Made by a program: the position numbers and the translations under genes
Assembly: GCA_050287845.1 (NCBI GenBank)
Contig: JBNKCR010000079.1
Span: forward strand, 1-37,247
Direction: 5' to 3'
Origin: Polyangia bacterium
GTDB lineage: Bacteria > Myxococcota_A > Polyangia > JAAYKL01
DNA length: 37,247 bases
Shown here: positions 19,514 through 28,560 of the stretch, in pieces
Position numbering within the stretch: the stretch's first letter is position 1
Layout of the letters: the number at the start of each line of letters is the position of its first letter
The notes under the pieces: model-generated
The model's input: the letters and a program-made list of their open reading frames with translations, nothing else
What the model was told of the DNA's origin: nothing
Databases searched by the model: none

Positions 19514-20902
19514 ATGAGAGTTCTGGTCCATTCTGGGTTGCTGATAGGGGCGATATTGGTAGCTGCCTGCGGCGGAAACAAAGTTGGTGGCATATCGGAA
19601 GTGCCCGGAAACAATGGGGCTGTTGCAACAAAGCAGATGCCGCCACCGCCCACTCCCCCGGTGCGGGGATCGTTTGATTCCGGCAACTACAAAAATTGGT
19701 TTGTTGCCCTTGGTTTCAGTGAGTCGGATGTGGTGAAAAGACTGAGCGAAGCGTATCAGCAGTTTTTTCATGGCAATCCGGAAACTGAAGCGGTGATGTA
19801 TCCAGCCGCTGCCAATGAGAATGGTCCTTCAGCCTATATCAAAGACATTGGCAGTGGTGATGTGCGATCGGAGGGAATGTCCTACGGCATGATGATGGCA
19901 GTGCAGATGGATAAAAAAGCGGACTTCGATGCGCTGTGGAACTGGGCCCGGACGTACATGTATCACAGCGATGCGAATCATCCGGACTACGGTTATTTTG
20001 CCTGGCAGCTGAAGGATGATGGTACAATCATGGATGATAATCCTGCTCCCGATGGAGAAGAGTATTTTGCAATGGCACTGCTGTTTGCCGCCAATCGCTG
20101 GGGAAACGGCGATGGTATTTACGATTACACCCGGGCGGCCTACGATGTTCTTACCGCCATGGTGCATCGGGAGGATAAAACCGGAGAAGTGATTCAGACC
20201 AATGCCGCGTCAGGGACGCAGTTTAAATTGCAGGCCACAATCACATCGCTGATGTCCCCGGAATATCACATGGTTCGGTTTACCCCCAACACCCTCAATT
20301 TCAGTTCAAACAGCGACCACACTGATCCATCATATCACCTGCCGGCATTCTATGCGTTGTTTGCGCTGTGGGGTCCGGAAGCGGATAAGGCATATTGGCA
20401 GAAGGCCGCCCAGGTCAGTCGCGATTATCTGGTGACGGTTACCCATTTTGAGACTGGCCTCAGTCCGGACTACGCCGGATTTGATGGCAAACCGGTGGCC
20501 GCATCGTGGAATGCCAATTCCGCGCATTTTGGTCACGATGCCCATCGCACAGCCATGAACTGGTCTGTGGACTGTGCATGGTGGGCAGCGGATGTACGGC
20601 GGCAGGAAATCCTCTCCAATCGCCTGTTGGCTTTTTTTGAGAAAGAGGGGGTGTATGCCCATTTTGCGTCCTACAAACTCGATGGAAGCGCACCACTTGT
20701 GGAGTATCGTTCCGTTGGATTGACCGCCATGAATGCCACGACGGCCATGTGCAGCAGCAATACGGTATCGTGGGAGTTTATTGAATTGTTGTGGAACACC
20801 CCGCTCCCCACCGGAAAATGGCGCTACTACGACGGCATGCTTTATATGTTTGGCCTGCTCAACCTGAGCGGCAATTATCGGATTATCAAACCTGCAGCGT
20901 AG
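19514..20902 (+). CDS. Glycoside hydrolase family 8 lipoprotein (xylanase / reducing-end exo-oligoxylanase-like)
   Basis: RBS AAGGAGG; lipobox VAAC; DVRSEGMSYGMM, PAPDGEEYFAMAL, HTDPSYHLPAFY, DAHRT and RYYDGMLY; divergent from xylBA. Confidence 0.9.
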   Translation: MRVLVHSGLLIGAILVAACGGNKVGGISEVPGNNGAVATKQMPPPPTPPVRGSFDSGNYKNWFVALGFSESDVVKRLSEAYQQFFHGNPETEAVMYPAAANENGPSAYIKDIGSGDVRSEGMSYGMMMAVQMDKKADFDALWNWARTYMYHSDANHPDYGYFAWQLKDDGTIMDDNPAPDGEEYFAMALLFAANRWGNGDGIYDYTRAAYDVLTAMVHREDKTGEVIQTNAASGTQFKLQATITSLMSPEYHMVRFTPNTLNFSSNSDHTDPSYHLPAFYALFALWGPEADKAYWQKAAQVSRDYLVTVTHFETGLSPDYAGFDGKPVAASWNANSAHFGHDAHRTAMNWSVDCAWWAADVRRQEILSNRLLAFFEKEGVYAHFASYKLDGSAPLVEYRSVGLTAMNATTAMCSSNTVSWEFIELLWNTPLPTGKWRYYDGMLYMFGLLNLSGNYRIIKPAA

Positions 20903-20924
20903 TTCGGTGGTGGACCGCCGTTCT

Positions 20925-21215
20925 TCAATCCTGCAGTGACAAGTTTTCGGATTCGTGGTCGAAGACTATTTTCTGGCACTCCAGGCCTTCAATTGCGGAG
21001 ATTTTTTTGATCATCTCATCAGCTTTCGGCTCGTTGCTTAACATTTCGAGAATAATAATCCCGTTGGATGAGCAATATTCTTCGCTCGCTTCATGCAGTC
21101 CAATCCGGGTTTTAATGTAGCATCCGAATTCAGACAGCACTTTTTGCAGTTCACCCGCGTGCTGCACCCGGTCAGTGATGTGAATGGCAACAATAATATG
21201 CAGTTCCCTTTTCAT
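20925..21215 (-). CDS. Small ACT-like protein (TM1266 / iron-only hydrogenase system regulator-like)
   Basis: DRVQHAGELQKVLSEFGCYIKTRIGLHE...GIIILE pattern; RBS AAGGAGG. Confidence 0.7.
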   Translation of the reverse strand: MKRELHIIVAIHITDRVQHAGELQKVLSEFGCYIKTRIGLHEASEEYCSSNGIIILEMLSNEPKADEMIKKISAIEGLECQKIVFDHESENLSLQD

Positions 21216-21427
21216 TCAGTCCTCCTTGTAAAGCCTGGATTTTGCGTAACCATTAGCACAGAAATCAATGGCGGTCGACTGTGCTCGACAAGGGGGACCG
21301 GGTAATCGTAACGTCAGGCAACTGCGTCATAAGGGGAGAAATGTCAAACAGTGCGATGTACAATACTGAATCGAACGGGACAGACAACTTTTACAAAATG
21401 AATGGCTGGAGGGCTATCTCAGCAGTT

Positions 21428-21468
21428 CGGCGGTCACCCGGAGGACCGGGGCCTGGCCGTGACCGTCG
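21428..21468. other. GC-rich stem-loop downstream of the GH105 gene
   Basis: CGGCGGTCAC ... GTGACCGTCG arms. Confidence 0.35.
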
Positions 21469-21506
21469 CCGGTCAGTCGAGTCAATGCCATATATTCCTG
21501 AGGAAG

Positions 21507-23072
21507 CTATTTGAAGTTTTTCAACAATGCAGCAGCGGCCCAGAGTAGGGGGCCCGGACCGTGCCAATCGGTCCCCTTATCGCGGCCGAAGTAGAAAGAA
21601 AGACAATCACTGCAGCTCGATGCATAACACGCCCCACAGACGTTATTCAATTCGCCACCGGCAGTCACATTGTCTGTTAGCGCAAGCCATGCCTTGCGGG
21701 CTGCGGGGCCATATTCCGCAACATCAAGCAGGCCAAGTTTAAGTCCTGTAACAAACGCAAAGGTAAACATGGCGGTGCCGGATGTTTCTTCCCAGTTGCC
21801 GGATTCAGTTGGGTGGTCAATGACCTGCATCCACAGCCCGGAATCCTGCTGGAGTTCCAACAGACTGGACATCATTTTTTTGTACCCTTCCAATATGCGC
21901 GCATAGTTTTCGTGGTCTTTGGGAAGATCCTGTAGAACTTCGGCCATACCGGCGGCGAACCAGCCGTTGCCGCGTCCCCATTTCCCTTTGGTCACATTTT
22001 GCAACTGAAAGAAAAGGCCGTCGTCCTGTTGCATTTTGTTGAGATAATCGGACATGGCTGACGCAGCGAAATCCATGTACTTGACATCACCAGTGGCGCG
22101 ATACGCCTGCATTTGCAGACTGGGGGCCATGAACATGTCGTCAATGGCGTATCGTAATTGCGCGTCGCGATTTTGTATCTGATTATCTGCCAGCGCCAAT
22201 CCATCTGTGAGATGCGCGTCACTCTGGTTGTTCAGATATATTTCAAACGGAATGATGCCCCACACATTGGCATCGACGTGTCCCTCGGCGCCTGGAGTAG
22301 GCCAATCCGAGGAGTAAAAGCCATCTGTTGGCTTGCCCAAAAATGAGCCATACTTGTCAATCAGTTGATTCAATAAACCGCTGTCTTCTGTCAAACGTGC
22401 GATTTGAAGCGCACCGTACCAATGACAGGCAACGGCATAGTGACGGCTGTCCGCGTTAACATTGATGAATCGCTGAGCCACTTTCTTGCCAATGGTTGCA
22501 GGGTCCTTACCATCGGGCCAGTCTTCAAATTCTGTGATCGTGATGTCAGTATCAGTGTCAGTGTCAGTGTCAGTGTCAGTGTCAGTGTCCGTATCAGTGT
22601 CAGTGTCCGTATCGGTATCGGTATCGGTGTCGGTGTCCGTATCGGTGTCGGTGTCGGTATCCGGCGCGGTATACCCGTCACAACATCTCAGTCCATCTTC
22701 GCATTCGCCATCCATCACCGTGCCGCCCCATGACTGGCAATGGGCAGTGCAATCGTACTGACAGGCACTGGTATCCGTGTCTGAATCCGTATCGCTGTCG
22801 CTGTCGCTGTCACTGTCCGTGTCCGTATCACTGTCTGTGTCAGAGTCCGTATCGGAATCCGTGTCTGAATCGGTATCGGAATCCGTGTCTGAATCGGTGT
22901 CCGAATCCGTATCGCTGTCCGTGTCAGAGTCTGAATCGCTCTCTCCGCTTTCTTCTCCTGTTTCACCACACCCCGTCGCCAGAAGAAGCAGGGCGAGGAG
23001 AATTATGAGATACCCGGGGCTGCTCTTCAGTGTCATTTGTATCATTCGATGTTTTGTTGCCATTTTTTTCAT
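21507..23072 (-). CDS. Glycoside hydrolase family 105/88 (unsaturated uronyl hydrolase) lipoprotein with DT stalks and a six-Cys module
   Basis: Lipobox ATGC; IDDMFM, WGRGNGW, GLWMQVID, ETSGTAMF and HGPGPLLWAA motifs. Confidence 0.88.
   Translation of the reverse strand: MKKMATKHRMIQMTLKSSPGYLIILLALLLLATGCGETGEESGESDSDSDTDSDTDSDTDSDTDSDTDSDTDSDTDSDTDSDTDTDSDSDSDSDTDSDTDTSACQYDCTAHCQSWGGTVMDGECEDGLRCCDGYTAPDTDTDTDTDTDTDTDTDTDTDTDTDTDTDTDTDTDTDTDITITEFEDWPDGKDPATIGKKVAQRFINVNADSRHYAVACHWYGALQIARLTEDSGLLNQLIDKYGSFLGKPTDGFYSSDWPTPGAEGHVDANVWGIIPFEIYLNNQSDAHLTDGLALADNQIQNRDAQLRYAIDDMFMAPSLQMQAYRATGDVKYMDFAASAMSDYLNKMQQDDGLFFQLQNVTKGKWGRGNGWFAAGMAEVLQDLPKDHENYARILEGYKKMMSSLLELQQDSGLWMQVIDHPTESGNWEETSGTAMFTFAFVTGLKLGLLDVAEYGPAARKAWLALTDNVTAGGELNNVCGACYASSCSDCLSFYFGRDKGTDWHGPGPLLWAAAALLKNFK
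22544..22940 (-). repeat. Two DT/DS-encoding hexamer repeat tracts flanking the Cys module (22662-22769)
   Basis: Includes six perfect TCAGTG copies at 22552-22587. Confidence 0.9.
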
Positions 23073-23093
23073 TGTCTCCGTTCCCTTCCTGCC

Positions 23094-24890
23094 TTATATG
23101 CCTTCTATCAAGCCAACTACATCGAAATTATATTCCTGCGCTGAACTGTAGCTGCCACGCAGCCAGAGAAGTGCACGATGTTCCGTATCCCATTTGGGAA
23201 CGATGGGCCGCAAGTTGTCCATGGAGGAATTGGCGGTGATGGGGGTCCACTCAAACGTTGCACCTTCATCACAGGTAACCCCCTTCCAGATTTCCTTTTT
23301 GCCGTTATCGGCGCCATCTCCAGTGATCGGATTGTACGGTGTGGAAATATAAATTACCTCTGAATTGTCCGGATCCAGTGCACCCAGACCAGTGTAGTCC
23401 TGTTCCGAGCTGTACAATTTGTTACCCGCTTTTGCGAGGAAGGTTGTTTTCCACTCATTTCCATCAAAACGGAAATATAGCAGACGTTTCTGGGGGTCAT
23501 CGGAACCGGTCCCTGAAACACGGGCCGTACCGATAGCCGCTACGGTTCCATCGTCGTATCGTACAAGGTCTGCATTCCACAGGTGCTCCAGCCGTTCGCC
23601 ATTCACCGTTGTACCGGTTTTAAAAACCTGGGTATATGCGGTTACCTGCTGAGCATTTCTGTCGGTAAAATCGTCATCAATCACTTCGCCTTTGGAGTTG
23701 TGTATCTTGCCGTCCTGAATGTAGCCGTGGTAGAGGCTGTTATCGAAGTCGCGGGGATGGGCTTCTGTTGCCAGCCAGTCAATCCGGTCTTCATTGTTTC
23801 CCCAATATTTGTAATAGCCAGCCACGTATCCCACCTGTGGCGTGGATGTCAGTCGGCCACCGAATTCCCAGGATTTGCCATTGTCACTGCTGTACAGATA
23901 ATTGGGGCTGGTGTCAGCGGACCTTACATAGCTATATAGTGTATCACCGATATACCACACATTGGCGTAGGTGATTCCATCGCCTGCATTGGCGCCCCAG
24001 TTATAATCCTTCCGCCCGGACCATGAACCGCCGCTGAAATAAGCGTATCGGCTGAGGTTATCATTTTTGTGGCCAGCCCACATCGCTGCATATCCGCCGT
24101 CTCTGGTTTTAACCAGAGCTGGGGTGTCATGATCGTCAGTGTAGGGAAGATTCGAATCGACAGTGAATTTCTGACCGCTGCCAGCTGCGATATCCCAGTG
24201 GACCACCTCAGCGTTGGCGCCGGGGCTGGTGACCGATCCGATGATGAGCATGTTGTTTTCCGCATCCACAATGGCCCGTTCATCCTGATACCAGCACCAG
24301 CCGCCATTGCTGTTGAATGTCAGCATATCCCCGTCCACCCAATCGGAGCCGCTGGGTGTCGTTTCTCCAGTAAAGGGGCATTCCAGACTTTCTGAACCCG
24401 TATCCGTATCCGTATCTGTGTCGGTATCGGTATCGGTATCGGTATCAGAGTCCGAATCGGTATCGGAATCGGAATCGGAATCGGTGTCCGTATCCGTATC
24501 TGGTGCGGTATAGCCATCACAGCATCGCTGTCCGTCTTCACACTCACCGTCCATCTCTGTTCCGCCCCATGATACGCAATGGGGGACGCAGTCGTACTGG
24601 CAGGCACTGGTATCGGAGTCCGAATCGGAGTCCGAATCGGTATCGGAATCGGTATCCGAGTCTGTATCCGAGTCTGTATCGGAATCTGTGTCCGAGTCTG
24701 TGTCCGAATCGGTGTCGGAATCAGAATCTGAATCAGTATCGGAATCCGTATCGGAATCCGTATCTGAGTCAGTGTCGGAATCTGCATCTGATGTATTACT
24801 GTCATTCTCCGATGAGTCGGTACCGCATGCCGTGACCGCAACCATGAATACCGCCATAAGCCAAAGAGGAATTGTTTTAATATTCAGCAC
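23094..24890 (-). CDS. BNR-4 repeat (beta-propeller) lipoprotein, putative polysaccharide-active enzyme, with DT stalks and a six-Cys module
   Basis: Lipobox VTAC; GGWCWYQDERA, DDHDTPAL, TYAN, Asp-box SSDNGKSW, HPRDFDNSLYH and DNLRP. GTG 24890 has an upstream AGGAG. Confidence 0.75.
   Translation of the reverse strand: MLNIKTIPLWLMAVFMVAVTACGTDSSENDSNTSDADSDTDSDTDSDTDSDTDSDSDSDTDSDTDSDTDSDTDSDTDSDTDSDTDSDSDSDSDTSACQYDCVPHCVSWGGTEMDGECEDGQRCCDGYTAPDTDTDTDSDSDSDTDSDSDTDTDTDTDTDTDTDTGSESLECPFTGETTPSGSDWVDGDMLTFNSNGGWCWYQDERAIVDAENNMLIIGSVTSPGANAEVVHWDIAAGSGQKFTVDSNLPYTDDHDTPALVKTRDGGYAAMWAGHKNDNLSRYAYFSGGSWSGRKDYNWGANAGDGITYANVWYIGDTLYSYVRSADTSPNYLYSSDNGKSWEFGGRLTSTPQVGYVAGYYKYWGNNEDRIDWLATEAHPRDFDNSLYHGYIQDGKIHNSKGEVIDDDFTDRNAQQVTAYTQVFKTGTTVNGERLEHLWNADLVRYDDGTVAAIGTARVSGTGSDDPQKRLLYFRFDGNEWKTTFLAKAGNKLYSSEQDYTGLGALDPDNSEVIYISTPYNPITGDGADNGKKEIWKGVTCDEGATFEWTPITANSSMDNLRPIVPKWDTEHRALLWLRGSYSSAQEYNFDVVGLIEGI
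24399..24790 (-). repeat. Two DT/DS-encoding hexamer repeat tracts flanking the Cys module (24501-24608)
   Basis: Degenerate GTATCG/GAATCG/GAGTCT/GTATCC units. Confidence 0.9.
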
Positions 24891-25358
24891 GTTCGAACTC
24901 CTGACTTCGCGTGGGCAATTTTCAGCCCAGTCGACGAATCTCATTCCTGGAAAGGAATTTTTATCTACATAAAATTTAAATTATCATTCTCATGTTGTTG
25001 TGTTTTTTATAAGTGAAAAAGGGTTTATTAAATTGCATGCAAAATTTTTAAGGAGGTATTTTAGAAATTTATTTTAATAAGAGATTTCAATTTTTGTGTT
25101 GCACATGCACTTTTACAGAAAACAGCGATTTCAAGTGTTTCATCATGTTTTCGTTTGTGTTTGGGTAAATACGATTTTATCGTTTAAAAATCGAAAATTT
25201 GTATTTGGGAAATGAATTGCTCGTGATATGAAGAATTGCTTCATATTTGTAGCACGGCTGGATTTTTCAAGGGATGGCCCAAGCTGGATTCTCTAGCGAC
25301 AATTTTCAATAGAATACCCACGGCCCGAGTCGTGGGGAATCACATCAACGGAGTTAAC

Positions 25359-25859
25359 ATGCCCATGTTCAAAAAGTTTTCAAATCAACTGATGATGTTT
25401 GGATTGCTGATTGCCTGCGCCGCTGCAGTGTCCGGTTGTGCCTATCTGAAAGCGCAGATGGCCAAAACAAAGTATATCCGTGAGCAGACTGAAAATCACG
25501 TATACAGCAAGCCGCTGGATCAGGTTTGGGGGCAGGCGCGTCAGATGCTGTTTGAAGAAGGGTATGAGGTAAAGGATAGCGGCCCTCAGGATGCAGAGAC
25601 TGAATGGAAGGAATCCGATACAGAGCGCACCCGATATTTGCTGACGGGAATTGTGGTGAGCGATACCTCGTGTCGTGTGCAGTTTACACTGGCCACTCAA
25701 TCCCGGGAGTCGAAAGATAAAGAATTTGGCGATGGGACCACCACCGAGCGAGATTTGGACCTGGAAAATCGCCTGATTAAAAAGGTGGAACCCGAGGAGC
25801 ATGCCCGAATTGATAAGGAAGCTCAGGCGAAGTATGATGAATTAAAAGGAAAAAAGTAG
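25359..25859 (+). CDS. Hypothetical lipoprotein
   Basis: RBS GGAG; lipobox VSGC; compact alpha/beta body. Start is 25359 or 25365. Confidence 0.7.
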   Translation: MPMFKKFSNQLMMFGLLIACAAAVSGCAYLKAQMAKTKYIREQTENHVYSKPLDQVWGQARQMLFEEGYEVKDSGPQDAETEWKESDTERTRYLLTGIVVSDTSCRVQFTLATQSRESKDKEFGDGTTTERDLDLENRLIKKVEPEEHARIDKEAQAKYDELKGKK

Positions 25860-26030
25860 ACCTGGCGCGTTCTGTGAAATCCCTGTTCGGGTAGCAAACC
25901 TTTGGCAAACACCTGGTTGCCTTTTTTACATGAATCTTTATTGTGTGTCGTGACTGATTGTCGTAACGAACGGTCGGGTGAAAATGAACAAATCCGATTG
26001 CCCTGATTTTTGCAATGTGAGGAATAATTT

Positions 26031-28289
26031 ATGGCATTTGATATTTCGATGATTGAAAAAGTATATGAAAAGTTCGAGGCAAAGGTGACTGCCGCAAGAG
26101 ACAGCTGTGGCAAATCACTCACATTGGCCGAAAAAATTCTGTACGCCCATGCGGCCCAGACGCCGGAAACCGCATTTGTGCGGGGAATGGATTATGTGGA
26201 TTTTCATCCGGATCGGGTGGCCATGCAGGATGCCACGGCGCAGATGGCATTGCTGCAGTTCATGCAGGCGGGCAAGGACAAAGCAGCTGTTCCGAGCACG
26301 GTTCATTGTGACCATCTGATTCTTGCGCATACTGGTGCAGCGTCGGATTTGAAGATTGCCTCTGAAACCAACCGGGAAGTGTATGACTTTTTGCGGTCGG
26401 TATCCAACCGGTACGGTATCGGTTTCTGGCGTCCGGGCGCAGGCATTATCCACCAGGTGGTGCTTGAAAATTATGCGTTTCCCGGCGGTATGATGATTGG
26501 TACCGATTCTCATACGGTAAATGCCGGCGGTCTTGGAATGGTGGCTATCGGTGTGGGCGGCGCCGATGCGGTGGATGTGATGACCGGTATGCCCTGGGAA
26601 TTGAAATTTCCAAAACTGATCGGCATTAAACTCACGGGGCAATTGAACGGTTGGACCTCTGCCAAGGATGTGATTCTGAAGGTGGCGGGAATTCTTACGG
26701 TAAAAGGTGGTACCGGGTGCATCGTTGAGTATTTTGGCGACGGCGCCAAATCGTTGTCCTGTACAGGTAAGGGCACCATCTGCAACATGGGCGCAGAAAT
26801 TGGGGCGACCACCTCCCTGTTTGGATACGATGAGAAGATGTCCGGCTATCTGCGGGGCACCGGTCGCGAAGATGTGGCAAAACTTGCGGATAAACTGGCC
26901 GATACGCTGACTGGGGACGCCGAAGTGTATGCCAGCCCTGAAAAATATTTTGATCAGGTGATTGAAATCGACCTTTCCACTCTGGAACCCCATATCAACG
27001 GACCGTTTACCCCCGACCGCGCGATTCCGGTGTCCCAGTTTGCCAGGGAGGTGAAAGCCAACGGCTGGCCCGAAAAACTGGAGGTGGGGTTGATTGGGTC
27101 CTGCACGAACTCTTCCTACGAGGACCTCACCCGGGCCGCATCGGTCGCCGCTCAGGCCAAAGAGAAGAAGCTGAAGGTCAACGCAGAATATACCGTGACG
27201 CCCGGTTCGGAGCAGGTGCGCTACACCGCAGATAGGGATGGAATTCTCGGGTACTTTGAAGATATTGGCGGAGTGGTGCTTGCCAACGCCTGCGGACCGT
27301 GCATTGGCCAATGGGCAAGAGTGGGTGCGGAAAAGGCGGAGTCGAACTCAATTATGACATCGTTCAATCGAAATTTCGCCAAGCGGGCAGATGGAAATCC
27401 AAACACCCATGCGTTTGTGGCTTCGCCGGAGATTGTCACCGCATTTTCCATTGCCGGATCGCTGCTGTTCAATCCGTTGACCGATACCTTGAAAAATGAA
27501 GATGGTGATGATGTGATGCTCGATGAACCCGCCGGACTGGAACTGCCTGAGACTGGGTTTGCGGTGGAAGAACCGGGCTATGAAGCGCCTGCAGAAGATG
27601 GCAGTCAGGTGGCGGTGGTTGTTCAAAAAGATTCAGAACGACTGCAGTTGCTTTCGCCTTTTGCTCCCTGGGATGGAAATAATCTGACCGGGTTGCGTCT
27701 GCTGATTCAGGCCAGTGGCAAATGCACAACTGATCATATTTCAATGGCGGGGCCGTGGCTGAAATACCGCGGTCACCTGGACAATATTTCGAACAATCTG
27801 CTCATTGGCGCGGTGAATCGGTTCGGAGGAGAGACCAACGCCGTGAAGAATCAGCTGACGGGCGAGGTGTGCGAAGTGCCCACTGCTGCACGGGCGTATA
27901 AGGCGGCGAACATCGGTACCATCGTGGTGGGGGATGAAAACTATGGCGAAGGGTCTTCGAGAGAACATGCCGCCATGGAACCCCGCCATATGGGGGTAGA
28001 AGTGGTGCTCACCCGGTCGTTTGCGCGGATTCACGAAACCAATCTGAAAAAGCAGGGCATGTTGGCGCTCACTTTCGCCAACAAAGAAGATTACGACAGA
28101 ATTCGCGAAGATGATGTGATTGATGTGCTGGGTCTGGAGAACTTCTCCGCAGAGAGCAAACTGCAGGTGGTGCTGCATCACAGCGATGGAACCGATGAAT
28201 CCTTCCCCGTGAATCACACCTACAACGGCAACCAGATTGAATGGTTCAAAGCCGGTTCCGCCCTGAATCTCATTCGACAGTACGCCTGA
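26031..28289 (+). CDS. acnA: Aconitate hydratase (mitochondrial-type)
   Basis: [49 protein letters not shown] and [10 protein letters not shown]. Confidence 0.95.
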   Translation: MAFDISMIEKVYEKFEAKVTAARDSCGKSLTLAEKILYAHAAQTPETAFVRGMDYVDFHPDRVAMQDATAQMALLQFMQAGKDKAAVPSTVHCDHLILAHTGAASDLKIASETNREVYDFLRSVSNRYGIGFWRPGAGIIHQVVLENYAFPGGMMIGTDSHTVNAGGLGMVAIGVGGADAVDVMTGMPWELKFPKLIGIKLTGQLNGWTSAKDVILKVAGILTVKGGTGCIVEYFGDGAKSLSCTGKGTICNMGAEIGATTSLFGYDEKMSGYLRGTGREDVAKLADKLADTLTGDAEVYASPEKYFDQVIEIDLSTLEPHINGPFTPDRAIPVSQFAREVKANGWPEKLEVGLIGSCTNSSYEDLTRAASVAAQAKEKKLKVNAEYTVTPGSEQVRYTADRDGILGYFEDIGGVVLANACGPCIGQWARVGAEKAESNSIMTSFNRNFAKRADGNPNTHAFVASPEIVTAFSIAGSLLFNPLTDTLKNEDGDDVMLDEPAGLELPETGFAVEEPGYEAPAEDGSQVAVVVQKDSERLQLLSPFAPWDGNNLTGLRLLIQASGKCTTDHISMAGPWLKYRGHLDNISNNLLIGAVNRFGGETNAVKNQLTGEVCEVPTAARAYKAANIGTIVVGDENYGEGSSREHAAMEPRHMGVEVVLTRSFARIHETNLKKQGMLALTFANKEDYDRIREDDVIDVLGLENFSAESKLQVVLHHSDGTDESFPVNHTYNGNQIEWFKAGSALNLIRQYA

Positions 28290-28541
28290 AATATCCTCCC
28301 GGGCGCTTTTCTTTCCAGGCAGGTGGCAACGGATTTGTTGCAACTCACCGTTGGAATGGTGGATGAATTCCACAATCCGGTTCTATACACAACAGAGGTG
28401 ATGACCGAGGCCATTCGTCTGAATCACTCCGCCATGACATGTACTACCTGCTGCTGGCCGGACGCACGGGAGCAGCGATGGCATCAATGGATAAAAAAGC
28501 TTCCGCATCTCGCTGAAAAAGAAGGTGTGCCTGTAGTATGA
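28290..28541 (+). pseudogene. 5'-truncated, frameshifted PIN-domain (VapC-like) toxin remnant
   Basis: Joining frames at about 28434 and the A6 run at 28493-28498 gives ...EAIRLNHSA(Y)DMYYLLLAGRTGAAMASMDKKLPHLAEKEGVPVV*, the typical VapC C-terminal half. Confidence 0.6.
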
Positions 28542-28560
28542 ACACACTGGGACTATGTGG

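Noticed and set aside
22544..24790. Repeat tracts as a CRISPR array or phase-variation switch
   Set aside because: No repeat-spacer structure and no cas genes. The unit length of 6 keeps the reading frame, so slippage changes only stalk length.
24945..25235. AT-rich stretch as foreign DNA or an origin
   Set aside because: It fits an ordinary divergent promoter region; no iterons or DnaA-box cluster were seen.
25889..25928. GCAAACC-containing segment as a c-di-GMP riboswitch or sigma54 promoter upstream of aconitase
   Set aside because: It lacks the GAAA loop and GACGCAAAGC elements, and the GG-to-GC spacing is 13 rather than 10.
26115..27311. Long antisense ORFs (also 144-1001, 14007-14969, 16655-17737, 31909-33093)
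   Set aside because: They overlap well-supported genes on the opposite strand and have no recognisable motifs.
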